Shown: one piece after another, positions 1 through 12,195 of the stretch
Layout: every line of letters begins with the position of its first letter
How positions within the stretch are numbered: position 1 is the first letter of the stretch
Assembly: GCF_963921235.1 (NCBI RefSeq)
Contig: NC_086109.1
Coordinates: 13,642,001 to 13,706,000, forward strand
Reading direction: 5' to 3'
Source: Mobula hypostoma
Taxonomy: Eukaryota
Length of the DNA stretch: 64,000 bases
Notes under the pieces: generated by a model
What the model saw: only the letters and a program-made list of their open reading frames with translations
What the model was told of the DNA's origin: nothing
The model's database searches: none
Translations under genes and position numbers: made by a program

Positions 1-514
1 TTCACTGAAACATGGGCCATATCCTGCCACTGAGATTTTCCAGCATTTGACTGTACTTGTCCTGACGCAGGCTCTCAATCTGAAACAGTGAGCGTTCATT
101 TGCCTCTGCAGATGCAGCCCGGCCCGCTGATTTTCTTTCACAACACACAAAGAGTGTTGGAGGAACTCATCAGGCAGCATCTATGGGGTTTGGGGGGGGA
201 ACGTAGTGAACAGTCGACGTATCAGGCCGTGTCTCTTCATCAGGGCAGTTCAAGATCTCTTGGGTGCTGCTCAAGAGTTCCGTTCCAGGATCTGCAGAAT
301 CCCTTGTGTCTCTGAGTACCTTCAGCAATTGTTCCTCCAGATTCCAGTATCTGCAATCTCTTCCGCCTCTATCTTGTTTACACTTAGTCAATCATGAGAT
401 AGAGAGATACAGCATGGAAACAGGCACTTTGGCACCCCCCCCCCCGATGCCTACTGACCATCATGTACCCATTTATTTAAAGCTGACACTAATCCCACTT
501 TATTCTCATCACTC

Positions 515-872
515 AGGTGTCGGGGTGGAGGTACGTCTCTACCAAAGGAGGTGGAAGGGGCTCCTTCCCTCTGCTAGCCCGCAGCTTACCCTTGGGCAAG
601 TTGTAGCACCTGCTTAGCCCCCCAGTCAGGGTCACATGAAGCCATTGGAGCAGGTGGTGGATGGTCGTAGGAGCAGCTGATGCCTATCACAGGTCCTGGT
701 TATGTGATCACTGATGCCAGGCGATCTCTGAAGTGTATTGATAACGGTTGGGCTCACCCATTTTGTAATGACACTGCCCAGAAGAAGGCAGTGGCAAAAC
801 ACTTTTGTAGAAAAATTTGTCAAGAACGATCACGGTCGTGGAAAGACCATGATCTCCTGTGTCTATGACATA
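515..872 (+). mobile_element. ~360-bp non-tRNA SINE-like repeat (family A) with a Bov-A/RTE-like internal motif
   Basis: Same sequence recurs at ~4622-5022 (-), ~8499-8740 (+, partial) and ~25036-25415 (+). Contains GAAGAAGGCARTGGCAAA(C/A)CACTT, which resembles the Bov-A/RTE motif. Confidence 0.6.
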
Positions 873-1635
873 ACAAACGAACCATCCTCACCGCACTCTC
901 ATCAACTTGGCCCAGATATTACCACTCACCAACACACCAGAGGCTATTTACATTGTTAACCTACCAACCCACAAGTTTTTGGAATGTAGGAGGAAATTGG
1001 AGCACCAGACACAGAGGAGTAGAGAGGTCAGCATTGGACCTGGTTCTCAGGCAATGCAAGATAGTGTCTCAACCTAACTAGGTCAATGCTGTCCTTCCCT
1101 TAGTAGTGACTTCCACCAAATGGTATCTGTTTATCACTGGTGAGATCACTCTGTACAGAGAGGGAGAATGTTGCCTTGGTTTTCTGCATTTTGGATGTGG
1201 ACTTGGGCTGTGGACTCATTTTTTCAATCTTATGATTCTTCTGTATTCTGTGTTTCTCGCCCGATCTTTCTCAGTTTTCTTTGTGTGCAGGTGAGTGGGA
1301 TTGGGGGTTGATGAGCCTGTTCTGTTTTTTTCCCGTTTTTTTATGCGGGGAGGAGGGATTTGGGGGATAATGATCGTGTTGCCATTCTTTTCTTTCTTGG
1401 TTTCGTGGCTATCTGGAGAAGAAATAATTTCAGCGTTGTATTCTTTGAAAATAAATGAACCTTTGAACATTTGTTTCCCTTAATGTGCAGCCTCAGACGG
1501 CGTTCCTGATGGTGAATCAGAAACAGAATCAGGTTTAATATCACTGGCATGCGTTGCGAAACGTCAGCTCTTTATTCCTCTTCATAGATGCTGCCTGACT
1601 TGCTGGCCTTCTCCAGCATTTTGTGTGTGTTACAC

Positions 1636-2041
1636 GGGATCAGTGATGTTGTGGGGATGGAACTGGACTCTCTGACGGTGGTGTCTGAAAAGAGGATGCT
1701 GTCCAAGTTGCATGCCATCTTGGACAATGTCTCCCATCCACTACATAATGTACTGATTGGGCACAGGAGTACATTCAGCCAGAAACTCATTCCACCGAGA
1801 TGCAACACAGAGCGTCATAGGAAGTCGTTCCTGCCTGTGGCCATCAAACTTTACAACTCCTCCCTTGGAGGGTCAGACACCCTGAGCCAATAGGCTGGTG
1901 CTGGACTTATTTCCTGGCATAATTTATATATTACTATTTAATTATTTATGGTTTATTACTATTTAATTATTTATGGTGCAACTGTAACAAAAACCAATTT
2001 CCCCCGGGATCAATAAAGTATGACTATGACTATGACTATGA
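1636..2041 (+). mobile_element. Rex1/Babar LINE 3' fragment with (GACTAT)n tail
   Basis: ORF end ...RHRKSFLPVAIKLYNSSLGGSDTLSQ and the 3' UTR are nearly identical to the 31336-32392 copy. AATAAA is followed by tatgac repeats. It interrupts a Penelope-derived tail. Confidence 0.85.
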
Positions 2042-2492
2042 TTATTTCCAGCATCTGCAGAATCTCTTGTGTTTATGACATCCAGGTGGCTGGGCTAGTG
2101 CAGGGAAGCTCACAGTAAATGCACGGCAGGTACAACATAATCCAGCAACCTAAACTCTAGAACTCCTTCAACCCCTCCATTCAGGATCCCTCAGTTCCTC
2201 CACTAAAGCCTCACTTCATCCAATGAAAATCCACACCATCTCTACTGGAGACTGGAGCTCACTTCCTTTCCCTCCCTCAGGAACTGGAGGCTATCTCAAG
2301 ACTCCAGAAGACTCTCCAAGAACAGATAATGCCTCTTTCTTTATAATTTCTTGCTGTGGAATATAGTTACACAGCTACTTTAGTTAATAAGGTTATCATG
2401 TTATGCTGTAATAAGCTTGTAGAAAGTAGAACACTCTACCTAATACATCACAATTCAGGTTTTTCTTGTGAATGATGCTTATACTGTACTGT

Positions 2493-3455
2493 TTTGCTCA
2501 CAGGAAAATGAATCTCAGGGTTGTATATGGTGACATACATATACTTCGATAATCATAAAGATTTACTATTTTACTACTTTAATTCTTATATAATGCTATG
2601 TGATATGCTGCTGTAAGTAGCACTCAGAAATTTTCCTTTTTAAAAAGCACTTGGTACTGTTTGCTTTTAGAAAAATAATTAACAGTCTGAATTTAAGCTC
2701 CCTTGTTACAGTGTGAGTCTTGAACAGAAAACCCTCTGACATTCTGAGATGATTATACATCTCTGTGCCTGTGATGCTGTTGCAAGTAAGTTTTTCATTG
2801 CATCTCTGCATATACGTATTAGTGCATATGATAATAAACTCGACTTTGAACTGTCTTTGTAATTTTCACAACCAGATACAACTTAGGGAGCTAAGGTTCC
2901 ACTGTCAGAGTTCAGAACATAGAGGCCTGTATTATTGACTGCCTCTTTAAATGAATTTTATCACAAACAATTGAAAACTGCGTTTGTTTACACCAGATTT
3001 TAGAATCTGAACATTAACATTCAAAAAATGCATGATTACACCAGAAAATAAGTATGAACAAATTAGGTTATTTCCCATGCTGTGTATCACAAGGGAGAGC
3101 TTTTACTTAGGAGGGGAATTTTGTTTCCTTTAAATCTGTCATCACCTCAAAACTATTCTAGATGTCTTCCTGATATGATACTGAGACGATTACTTCACTG
3201 GTCTCATATTTGAGGGTTTTCTGTTCAAGACTCACACTGTAACAAGGGAGCTTAAATTCAGACTGTTAATTATTTTTCTAAAAGCAAACAGCACCAAGTG
3301 CTTTTTAAAAAGGAAAATTTCTGAGTGCTACTTACAGCAGCATATCACATAGCATTATATAAGAATTAAAGTAGTAAAATAGTAAATCTTTATGATTATC
3401 GAAGTATATGTATGTCACCATATACAACCCTGAGATTCATTTTCCTGTGAGCAAA
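2493..3455. repeat. 244-bp near-perfect inverted duplication (arms 2493-2736 and 3212-3455)
   Basis: The arms are reverse complements with one visible mismatch and a 475-bp spacer. Confidence 0.9.
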
Positions 3456-4430
3456 CTCAGCAAATCTATAGAAAAGTAACTATAACAGGATCAGTGAAAG
3501 ATCAACCAGAGTGCAGAAGACAAAAACCTGAGCAAATGCAAAATATAAATAAATAGCAATAAATAATGAGAACATGAGATAATGAGATAAAGTGTCCTTA
3601 AAGTGGGATCATTGGTTGTGGGAACATCTCAATGGATTGGCAAGTGAGTGTAGTTATCCTCTTTGGTTCTAGAGCCTGATGGTTGAGGAGTAGAAGCTGT
3701 TCTTGAACATGGTGGCATAAGTCCAGAGGCTCCTGCACCTTCTACCTGACGGCAGCAGCAAGCAAAGAGCATGGCCTGGGTGGTGAGGTACTTTGACGAT
3801 GGATGCTGCTCTCCTACAACAGCATTTCATGTAGATATGCTCAATGGTTGGGAAAGCTTTATCCGTGATGTACCAAGCTGAATCCATGACCTTTTGTAGG
3901 ATTTTGTATTCAAAGGCATTGGTGTTTCCATAGCAGACCGTTATGCAGCCAGTGAATACACTCTCCACCACACAACTACAGAAGTTTGTGAAAGTTTTAG
4001 ACGTCATGCCAAATCTCTTTGCACTTCAGTACGTGATTTGTCCAGGACAGGGCCACTGAAACAGTAACACCCAGAAATGTAAAGCTGCTAAGCCTCTCCA
4101 CCTCCGATCCTACAATGAAAACTGGCTCATGGACCTCTGATTTCCCTCACCTGAAATCTACCATCAGTGCCTTAGTCCTGCTGGCATTGAGTGAGAAGTT
4201 GTTGTTATGACACCAATCGACCAAACTTTCAATCTCCCTCCTGCATATTGGTTCATCACCTCCTCTGATCCAGCTGGCAACCATGGTGTCATCGGCAAAC
4301 TTGAGTATGGTGTTGGAGCTATCCTTAGCTACAGAGTCATAGGTGTAAGGTGAGCAAGCAAGGGGCTTACCAAGCACACTGCCCTGTGGTACACCTTGGC
4401 TGATGGAAATTGTGGAGGAGATAAGCAATC
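3395..4430 (-). mobile_element. Degraded Rex-Babar-type LINE (RT C-terminal half plus 3' UTR)
   Basis: ORFs 4147-4428 (GVPQGSVL..KFADD) and 3669-4007 (FCSCVVESVFTGCITVCYG..HPGHAL..LLPSGRR). Confidence 0.8.
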
Positions 4431-4621
4431 ACAAGAAAAAAATATAAATTAAAAATAAGTTAAACACAAACTTTACAAGAAAGAACGCAATTAGAACAAA
4501 GCCCATTTTAGTTCAAAATGGAACTGGAGCCTCAAGATACCACTCAAAACAACAGATTTCACAACACGGAATCACTGATAATAATTCTGATCCAGATTCA
4601 AATGGTGATCATTATTATGTA

Positions 4622-5022
4622 CCTTGTTGAATGACGTGGGCGATCGTGGTCTTCAACCATGCTTGCTCTTGGTAATCTTTTTTCAACGGAAGTGGCTTGC
4701 CTCTTCCACAGAAGAGCCTCAGGCACCACCGGGTTCAAGAACAGTTACCACCCCTTCTTCTGGGCAGCGTCTTTACAAGACAGGTGACCTCCAGACATTA
4801 TCAATACTCATCAGACATTGTCTGCCTGGTGACAGTGGTTGCATAAACAGCACTTGAGATGTGCACCAGCTGCTTATATGACCATCCACCATGACTTCAT
4901 GTGTTCCTGATCAAGGGGCTAAGCAGGTGCTACACCTTTCCCAAGGGTGACCTGCAGGCTAGCAGAGGGAAGGCGCACCTTACACCTCGTTTGCTAGAGA
5001 CATATCTTCACCCTGCCTCCCA
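4622..5022 (-). mobile_element. SINE-like family A copy
   Basis: Reverse complement of the 515-872 repeat. Confidence 0.6.
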
Positions 5023-5320
5023 GATTCTGATGGTAGGGAGGTCTAAAACTACAGGGCATTGGTTTAACGTGGGAGTGAGGAGACTTTAAGGGGACATGAG
5101 CGATAAATTTTCTAACCAAGGAAAAATTGGTATCTGGAATGAACTGCCAGAAGAAGTGCTGGAGGCAGAAATGGTAATATTTAAGAAGTATCTGGACAGA
5201 TACTTGAATGAACAGGAAATAGAGGGATATGGAATTAATGCCAGTAAGCAGGAATAGTGTAGGTAGGCATGATGGACAGTTTACATGTGGTGGGCCGAAG
5301 GGTCTGTTTTGATTCTGTAC
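5023..5320 (+). mobile_element. CR1 LINE 3' remnant
   Basis: Degenerate SKTTGH..F..WNELPEEV..FKKYLDRY coding trace and CR1-type 3' UTR. Confidence 0.6.
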
Positions 5321-5679
5321 AATGAAGAATCTGCTGGAGGAATTCCAGCATCTGTGGAAGGAAAGGAATGGTTAACATTTTGGGTCAAAATCCAGCATGA
5401 GTCCAGATGTAGGGTAGTGACCCACAACAGTGACAATTCTTGTCCTCTTGCAGATGCTTCTCTACACACTCAGTACCTCCAGCAGACTGAGTGTTGCACC
5501 AGATCCCAGCATCTGCACTCTCTTGTGTCTCTCTATGACTCCAGAGAGAAGTTAAAGAAAGAGAGAAGGGCACAGAAGGCTTTCCTCACTCTCAACGGGA
5601 GATTGCCTGCCAGCGTTAAGGAGTGGGTGCTCTCAGTTCCCCAGCAATGGTTCAGAACCCCACTTCTCAGCACTAAGCA

Positions 5680-6110
5680 ACTGCACAACCTCCCTAATTC
5701 CATCACAGGAAAAGTCCTCTCCACCACTGACCACATCTACAAGACAGCAGCATCCATCTTCAAGGGCTTCTGCCATCCAGGCCATGCTCTCTTCTCACTG
5801 CTGCCATCAGGAAGGAGGTACAGCAACCTTAGATCCCACACCGCCAGGTTCAGGAACAGTTCTACCATCAGGCTTCTGAACCAGCATGGATAACTTCACT
5901 CACCTTAACACTGAACTGATTCCACATTATTAGTACTTTTGTTTTTGCAGAGTTTTTCTCCTTTTGCACATTTGTTGTTTATCAGTCTTTGTGTGCAGTC
6001 GATCATTGATTCTATTGTATTTCTTTGTTCTACCAGAAGAAAATAAATCTCAGAGTAGTATACAGTGACAAGTACATACTCTGGTAATAAATTTACTTTG
6101 AACTTTGAAC
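5680..6110 (+). mobile_element. Rex-Babar-type LINE 3' remnant
   Basis: HPGHALFSLLPSGRRY motif and (actttg)n-type tail after AATAAA. Confidence 0.7.
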
Positions 6111-6646
6111 CCTCACAGTGAACTTTGTCCCACCCAACACAGAAGCAGGCTTTTTGGCCCACTATGTCCACACCAACCACTGTGCCCATTGCACTAAACT
6201 CGTTTGCCACATTAAGACCATATCCGTCTCTGTCTAGTTTATTGAAGTATCTGTCTAACTGCTGCTTAAGCATCTGACTCCACCACCTCCCCGGCAGTGT
6301 GTTTCGGATATCAACTGCACTCTGTGTACAAAAACTCCACCCTTTAAAACTCCTTCACACTTCAAAAACCATGCTCTCGTAATTTTGTTTCGCCTACCAC
6401 AGGGAAATGATTTTAACTATACTTCCATAAAATTATATACTTCGGTCAGTTTGCTACAGGAAAACCCAACCTAACCAATGTCTAACCCTATACTGAAGGC
6501 CTCCAATGCAGGCAACATCCCGCTGAATCTCCTCTGCACTCTCTCTGGTGAAATCACACATACTCAAGAGCAGCCAAACGTGATCTACATGCTTACATCA
6601 TTATGTTCTAGCTTTTATAATCCCTAGCTTTGGCCCCAAGCACTTC

Positions 6647-6945
6647 GGTGGCATGGTAGCATAGCGACTTGCGTAATGCTCTACAGCGCCAGCCATTGTG
6701 ACTGGGGTTTAATTCTTGACATTGTCTTTTAGGAGTTTATACATTCTCCCCATGATGGTATCAGTTTCCTCCCACACTCCAAAGACGTACAGGTAAGTGT
6801 TAGCAAACTGAGGGCACACTATGTTGGCACTGGAAACGTGGTGACACTTGCCCCCAGCATTATCCTTGAACCGTGATGGTTATTGATGCAAATGACGCAT
6901 TTCACTGCATAATTCAATGTTTCAATATACAGTGCAAATAAAGCT
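6647..6945 (+). mobile_element. HE1/V-SINE-like tRNA-derived SINE, inserted in a decayed CR1 (~6125-7120, -)
   Basis: V-domain-like GGAGTTT..ACATTCTCCCC..GTTTCCTCCCACACTCCAAAGACG. Related copies at ~960-1090, 10450-10625, 25938-26410, 27530-27670, 28345-28520 and 29835-30090. Confidence 0.65.
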
Positions 6946-7469
6946 ACTCTCTCTTTGTATTCTCTGCCCTGCAATATGAAGTTAAGCATACCATATGCTT
7001 TCTTCACCACGTCTTCAACCTATTTTGACACTTTCATGACCATTTGGACTTGGACCCTTCTGTACATCTGCATTCTTCAGTGTTCTATCAGTTATTGTCT
7101 ACATTCTACCCTTATTTGTTAGTTTTGCTATATCCATGCAAGCAGCAAACAACAATTTTTTTCATTATTGGCCAAGAACAGGATTTCCTGTCTCACTCCA
7201 TTCAAAGAAACTGCTGATCTTCACACGTAACCACAGTGGAAATAACCAAAGGGAGTTTCCTATTTGCTTACACCAAATGAAGGTAGCTGTGGCAACCCTC
7301 TGTATCTTAGGTTCACAGACACCCACCACTCCTGGTGTAAAACACCTTCCTCTGACATCTCCCCTAAACGTTCCTCCACCCACTTTAAATAGATGTCCTC
7401 TGGTATTGGCCATTGCCACCGTGGGGTAAAGGCGCTGGCAGTCTACAATATCTATGACTCTCATTATCT

Positions 7470-8420
7470 TATACTTTATACTTTATTGTCCCAAACAATT
7501 GATACTAGAACGTACAATCATCACAGCGATATTTGATTCTGCACTTCGCACTGTCTGGAGTACAAATTAATAGTAAATATTAAAAATTTAAATTATAAAT
7601 CATAAATAGAAAATAGAAAAGGGAAAGTAAGGTAGTGCAAAAAAAACCGAGAGGCAGGTCCGGATATTTGGAGGGTACGGCCCAGATCTGGGTCAGGATC
7701 CGTTCAGCAGTCTTATCACAGTTGGAAAGAAGCTGTTCCCAAATCTGGCCGTACGAGTCTTCAAGCTCCTGAGCCTTCTCCTGGAGGGAAGAGGGAAGAA
7801 AAGTGTGTTGGCTGGGTGGGTCGTGTCCTTGATTATCCTGGCAGCACTGCTCCGACAGTGTGCGGTGTAAAGTGAGTCTAAGGATGGAAGATTGGTTTGT
7901 GTGATGTGCTGGGCTGTGTTCACGATCTTCTGCAGCTTCTTCCGGTCTTGGACAGGACAACTTCCACACCAGGTTGTGATGCACCCTAGAAGAATGCTTT
8001 CTAGTCATAGTCATACTTCATTGATCCCGGGGAAAATTGGTTTTCGTTACAGTTGCACCATAAATAATTGAATAGTAATAAAACCATAAATAGTAATATA
8101 TAAATATGTAAATTATGCCAGGAAATAAGTCCATGACCAGCCTATTGGCTCAGGGTGTCTGATCCTCCAAGGGAGGAGCATTTATAAAAATTACTGACCG
8201 TTTTAGGAGACAGGCCAAATTTCTTTAGCTTTCTCAGGAAGTAAAGGCACTGGTGGGCCTTCTTGGCAGTGGACTCTGCTTGGTTGGACCAAGTCAGGTC
8301 ATTTGTGATATTGACCCCGAGGAACTTAAAGCTTTCGACCTGTTCCACTTGCGCACCACCGATGTAAATGGGGTCATGTGGTCCGCTACTCCTTCTGAAG
8401 TCAACAACCAATTCCTTCGA
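7470..8420 (-). mobile_element. Rex-Babar LINE 3' fragment with a nested Rex1 tail (~8004-8180)
   Basis: ORFs 8142-8411 and 7693-7923 (FKFLGV..KKAHQCLYFLRKL; LPSRRRLRS). A Rex1 (gactat)n tail is fused in. Confidence 0.75.
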
Positions 8421-8784
8421 CTTAATACACCTCTATTAAAACTTATCCTCCACTGGTCGAAAGATGAAAGACCTAGCTCACTGAACCTTTCCTCGCAAGA
8501 GCAGGTGGTGGATGATCGTGTCAGCAGCTGCTGCGTATTACAAGTTCTGGTTATGTGACCAATGACGCCAGGTAGACAACCTCCGAAGAGTATTGATAAT
8601 GACTGCGGTCACCTGTCTTATAAAGACACTGCCCAGAAGAAGAACAATGGCAAAGCACTTCTGTAGAAAAATTTACCCAGAACCGTCATGGTCATAGACC
8701 ATGACCACCTATGTCAAACCACCGTGGCACATAATGACTATGATGATTCTTTCTACTAGTTTGTTAAAGTAGAAGAACATCCCT

Positions 8785-9215
8785 AATGGCAGACAAAAGA
8801 CTACAGATCTGCAGAGTCTGAAGCAAAAACTAAGCTGTGCAGAGAACTCAGCAAGTCAGCATCTGTAATGGGAACTGGACTAACAATGTTTCATCTTGAG
8901 ACCCTTCATCTGGACTGAAAGAGTAGGGGGGGGGGAGATGATCCATATAAAGAAGTGAGAAGGAGGGGAGGAGAAAGTGTTGGTAATTGATAGGCGGATC
9001 TGGGTGAGGATGGGTAATAGACAGATAGAGACAAAAGTGGAAATAGTGAAAGAGGCTGGGAAGCAAAGGGTGGGGGCAAATGATGGAATCTGATAAGGAA
9101 GGAAGGCAAAACAAGGAGCCCAGTAATGACATGGAGTAGACAGATATGAACCACAGGGAGAGGGATCCCAATGGGTAAATGTATGGGCAATGGGAATGGA
9201 AAAAAACTTTCCAAT
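8785..9215 (-). mobile_element. Degraded Penelope-derived 3' region with decayed hammerhead motif
   Basis: Minus strand reads cagtcCAGATGAagggtctcaagatGAAAcatt, preceded by a pyrimidine-rich tract like the PLE 3' UTR. Confidence 0.6.
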
Positions 9216-9311
9216 GGTGGAACAGGGCAGTGGCATAGAAATTCACATAACACTATAACAGTACCAGCGAGCAATGATTTGGATTTAATTCCCACCACTG
9301 TCTGTAAGGAA

Positions 9312-10432
9312 TCAGAATCACGTTAATTATCACCGGCACGTGACGTGAAATTTGTTAACTTAGCCACAGCAGTTCAATGCAATACATAATCTAGCAGAGA
9401 AAAAAATAATAATAAATAAAATTAAAATAATAATAATAAATAAACAAGTAAATCAATTGTGTATATTGAATAGATTTTTTAAAAACATGCAAAAACAGAA
9501 ATACTGTATATTTTAAAAAAGTGAGGTAGTGTCCAAAGATTCAATGTCCATTTTGGAATCAGATGGAAGAGGGGAAGAAGCTGTTCCTGCATCGCTGAGT
9601 GTGTGCCTTCAGGCTTCTGTACCTCCTACCTGATGGTAACTGAGAAAAGGGCATGTCCTGGGTGCTGGAGGTCCTTAATAATGGATGCTGCCTTTCTGAG
9701 ACACCGCTCCTTGAAGAGGTTCTGGGAACTTTGTAGCCTCGTACCCAAGATGGAAGTGACTAGGTTTACAACCTTCTGCAGCTTCTTTCGGTCCTGTGCA
9801 GCAGCCCCTCCATACCAGACAGTGATGCAGTCTGGTAAAATGCTCTCCATGGTACAACTATAGAAGTTTTTGAGTGTATTTGTTGACATGCCTCATCTCT
9901 TATAAAGTATAGCCACTGTCTTGCTTTCTTTATAACTACATCGATATGTTGGGACCAGGTTAGATCCTCAGAGATCTTAACACCCAGGAACTTGAAGCTG
10001 CTCACTTTCTCCACTTCAGATCCCTCTATGAGGATTGGTATGTGTTTCTTTGTTTTACCCTTCCTGAAGTCCACTATCAGCTCTTTCGTCTTACTGACGT
10101 TGAGTGCCAGGTTGTTGCTGCGGCACCATTCCACTAGTTGGCATATCTCACTCCTGTACGCCCTCTCGTCACCACCTGAGATTCAACCAACAGTGGTTGT
10201 ATCGTCAGCAAATTTATAGATGGTATTTGAGCTATGCCTAGTCACACAGTCATGTGTATACAGAGAGTAGAGCAGTGGGCTAAACACACACCCCTGAGGT
10301 GTGCCAGTGTTGATAGTCAGCGAGGAGGAGATGTTATCACCAATCAGCACAGTTTGTGGTCTTCCAGTTAGGAAGTCAAGGATCCAATTGCAGAGGAAGG
10401 TACAGAGGCCCAGGTTCTGCAACTTCTGCCAC
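9312..10432 (-). mobile_element. Rex-Babar-type LINE, 5'-truncated
   Basis: ORFs 10183-10527 (WILDFLTGRPQ..PQGCVFSPLLYSLYTHD..KFADD), 9766-10134 and 9626-9889. (tgattc) tail. Confidence 0.85.
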
Positions 10433-10624
10433 AGGGAGAATATACAAACAAGGAGTTTGTACGTTCTCCCTGTGATCACGTGTGTTTCCTCTGGGTGCTC
10501 CTGTTTCCTCCCATATTCCAAACACATACAGGTTAGTAAGTTGTGGGCATGCTACATCGGCTCCAGAAATGTGACGACGCCTGCAGGCTACCACCAGTAC
10601 ATATTCGGACTGTGTTAGTCATTG

Positions 10625-10995
10625 ATCCCAGAGAGCTATGTTGGCTGGAGTCAGGGCTTTGCACTTTGGCTCTTGGTTGGGTCACCCCTGCCAAACAGGT
10701 CAAATGGTAGAGGCCTGACTAAGAGTGGTCTACCTGTCTTCCAAGTTTGGGGGATCAGCTGAGGGAAAACAACACTGTCTGGTAAAACAAAATTGTGGAA
10801 ACAGCAAAGAAGAATCTTTGTACATCTGGGTGTACGTCCATTCCTGAGCCCTCACCCAGGACTTGTATGATTGACAATAGTAAAAACCGAGAGGAAGCTA
10901 CTGAAATAATGAAGGAAGTCGTGAACACCGTCAGAGATGGAGGACCTTCATTGCTGCCCTAAAAACCAGTGGAACAATGGGCAGTAAGCAAGTCA
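10625..10995 (+). mobile_element. Non-autonomous RTE-derived element (5' UTR-like head fused to RTE-like tail)
   Basis: Head GATCCCAGAGAGCTATG..GGGTCACCC..GCCAAACAGGTC resembles fish RTE/Expander 5' UTRs (from memory). Tail AGATGGAGGACCTTC..GCTGCCCTA..CAGTAAG. It splits a V-SINE-like copy. Confidence 0.5.
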
Positions 10996-12153
10996 GTTGG
11001 CCCTTCATGTAAATGACACATTTCACTGTATGTTTCAATGTTTCAATGCACATGGTGACAAATAAAGTTAGTCAAAAGAAAAATGGAAGATGGGATCTGG
11101 GAGTGGATGGCTTGGAAAGGACATGTGTGAGAGGTCTGAGCAGATCAGGAGAGTCAGTAATGAACAGCAAGGCTGAAAGTGAGAAATTAGAAACTCAGAT
11201 ATTGACTTCCTTTCTGGATGGCATGTGAAGCCAGAATATCAACAGGGTGATTTAGCCAAAGGGCAGAGGGGGTTTGAAGGAAGATAGAGTGGGGGTCAGT
11301 TGTGGAGTCTGGAGCTTTTGTGATGGCAAGCACAGGAGAGTGCCCAGTGATTATTTTTGGCAATGCCACTCATTGTTCTGTGAACTCAAAGATAAGATGC
11401 AGCCATGCGTAGGAAGATATCGCCTTGCACAATCTTATAGATGACTGGGGTGTACTATCTCTGCTCTGATCACAGTTTCTTCGCTTGGTATACTTGAAAA
11501 ACAACTGAACAGCAGCTGTTTCCTAGAAATGAGGAGATAAGTACTTGCGGTCACTGCATAGAATTCTCGTGTCACGAATATGCTGTGTTTGTTGCTCTTA
11601 TGTTCTGCAACTAAATTATGAGAAATTATCTCTGAGATTGGTTTCGTTTTCATTTCAGGTTCTTGTTTTGGTTGTTTAAGAACTTTGTGGTTTAATTAAA
11701 ATTAAGCATTTTGGTTTATCACCTAATTCACTCGAAGACTTCTACAGACGTATCGTGGGGAGAATTCTGACAGGCTGTATCATCATCTGATATGGGGGTG
11801 GGGTAGCTACTTCACAGAATCAAAAGAAGCTACTGAAGGTTGTAAAATTAGTCTGCTCCATCATGGGTACTAGCCTCTGCAGTACACAAAAATCTTCAAG
11901 GAGCAGTGCCACTGAAAAGCAGCATCCACTATTTAGGATCTCCATCACCCAGGACATGCCCTCTTCTCATTACCATCAGGGAGGAGGTCCAAAAACCTGA
12001 AGGTTCACACTCAGCAATTCAGGAACAGCTTCTGCCACACGATTTCAAAATGGACATTGGAACCCATGAACACTGCCTCCCAGTTTTTTGAGCAACACAC
12101 ATCAAAGTTGCTGGTGAACGCAGCAGGCCAGGCAGCATCTCTAGGAAGAGGTA

Positions 12154-12195
12154 CAGTCGACGTTTCAGGCCGAGACCCTTCGTCAAGACTAACTG
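12154..12195 (-). ncRNA. Minimal type I hammerhead ribozyme motif (C3-to-U variant)
   Basis: Minus strand reads agtc-TTGACGA-A-GGGT-CTCG-GCCT-GAAA-C-GTC-gact. Confidence 0.65.

Noticed and set aside
5285..5893. 202-aa ORF
   Set aside because: Chance read-through across CR1, PLE-derived and Rex-Babar fragments.
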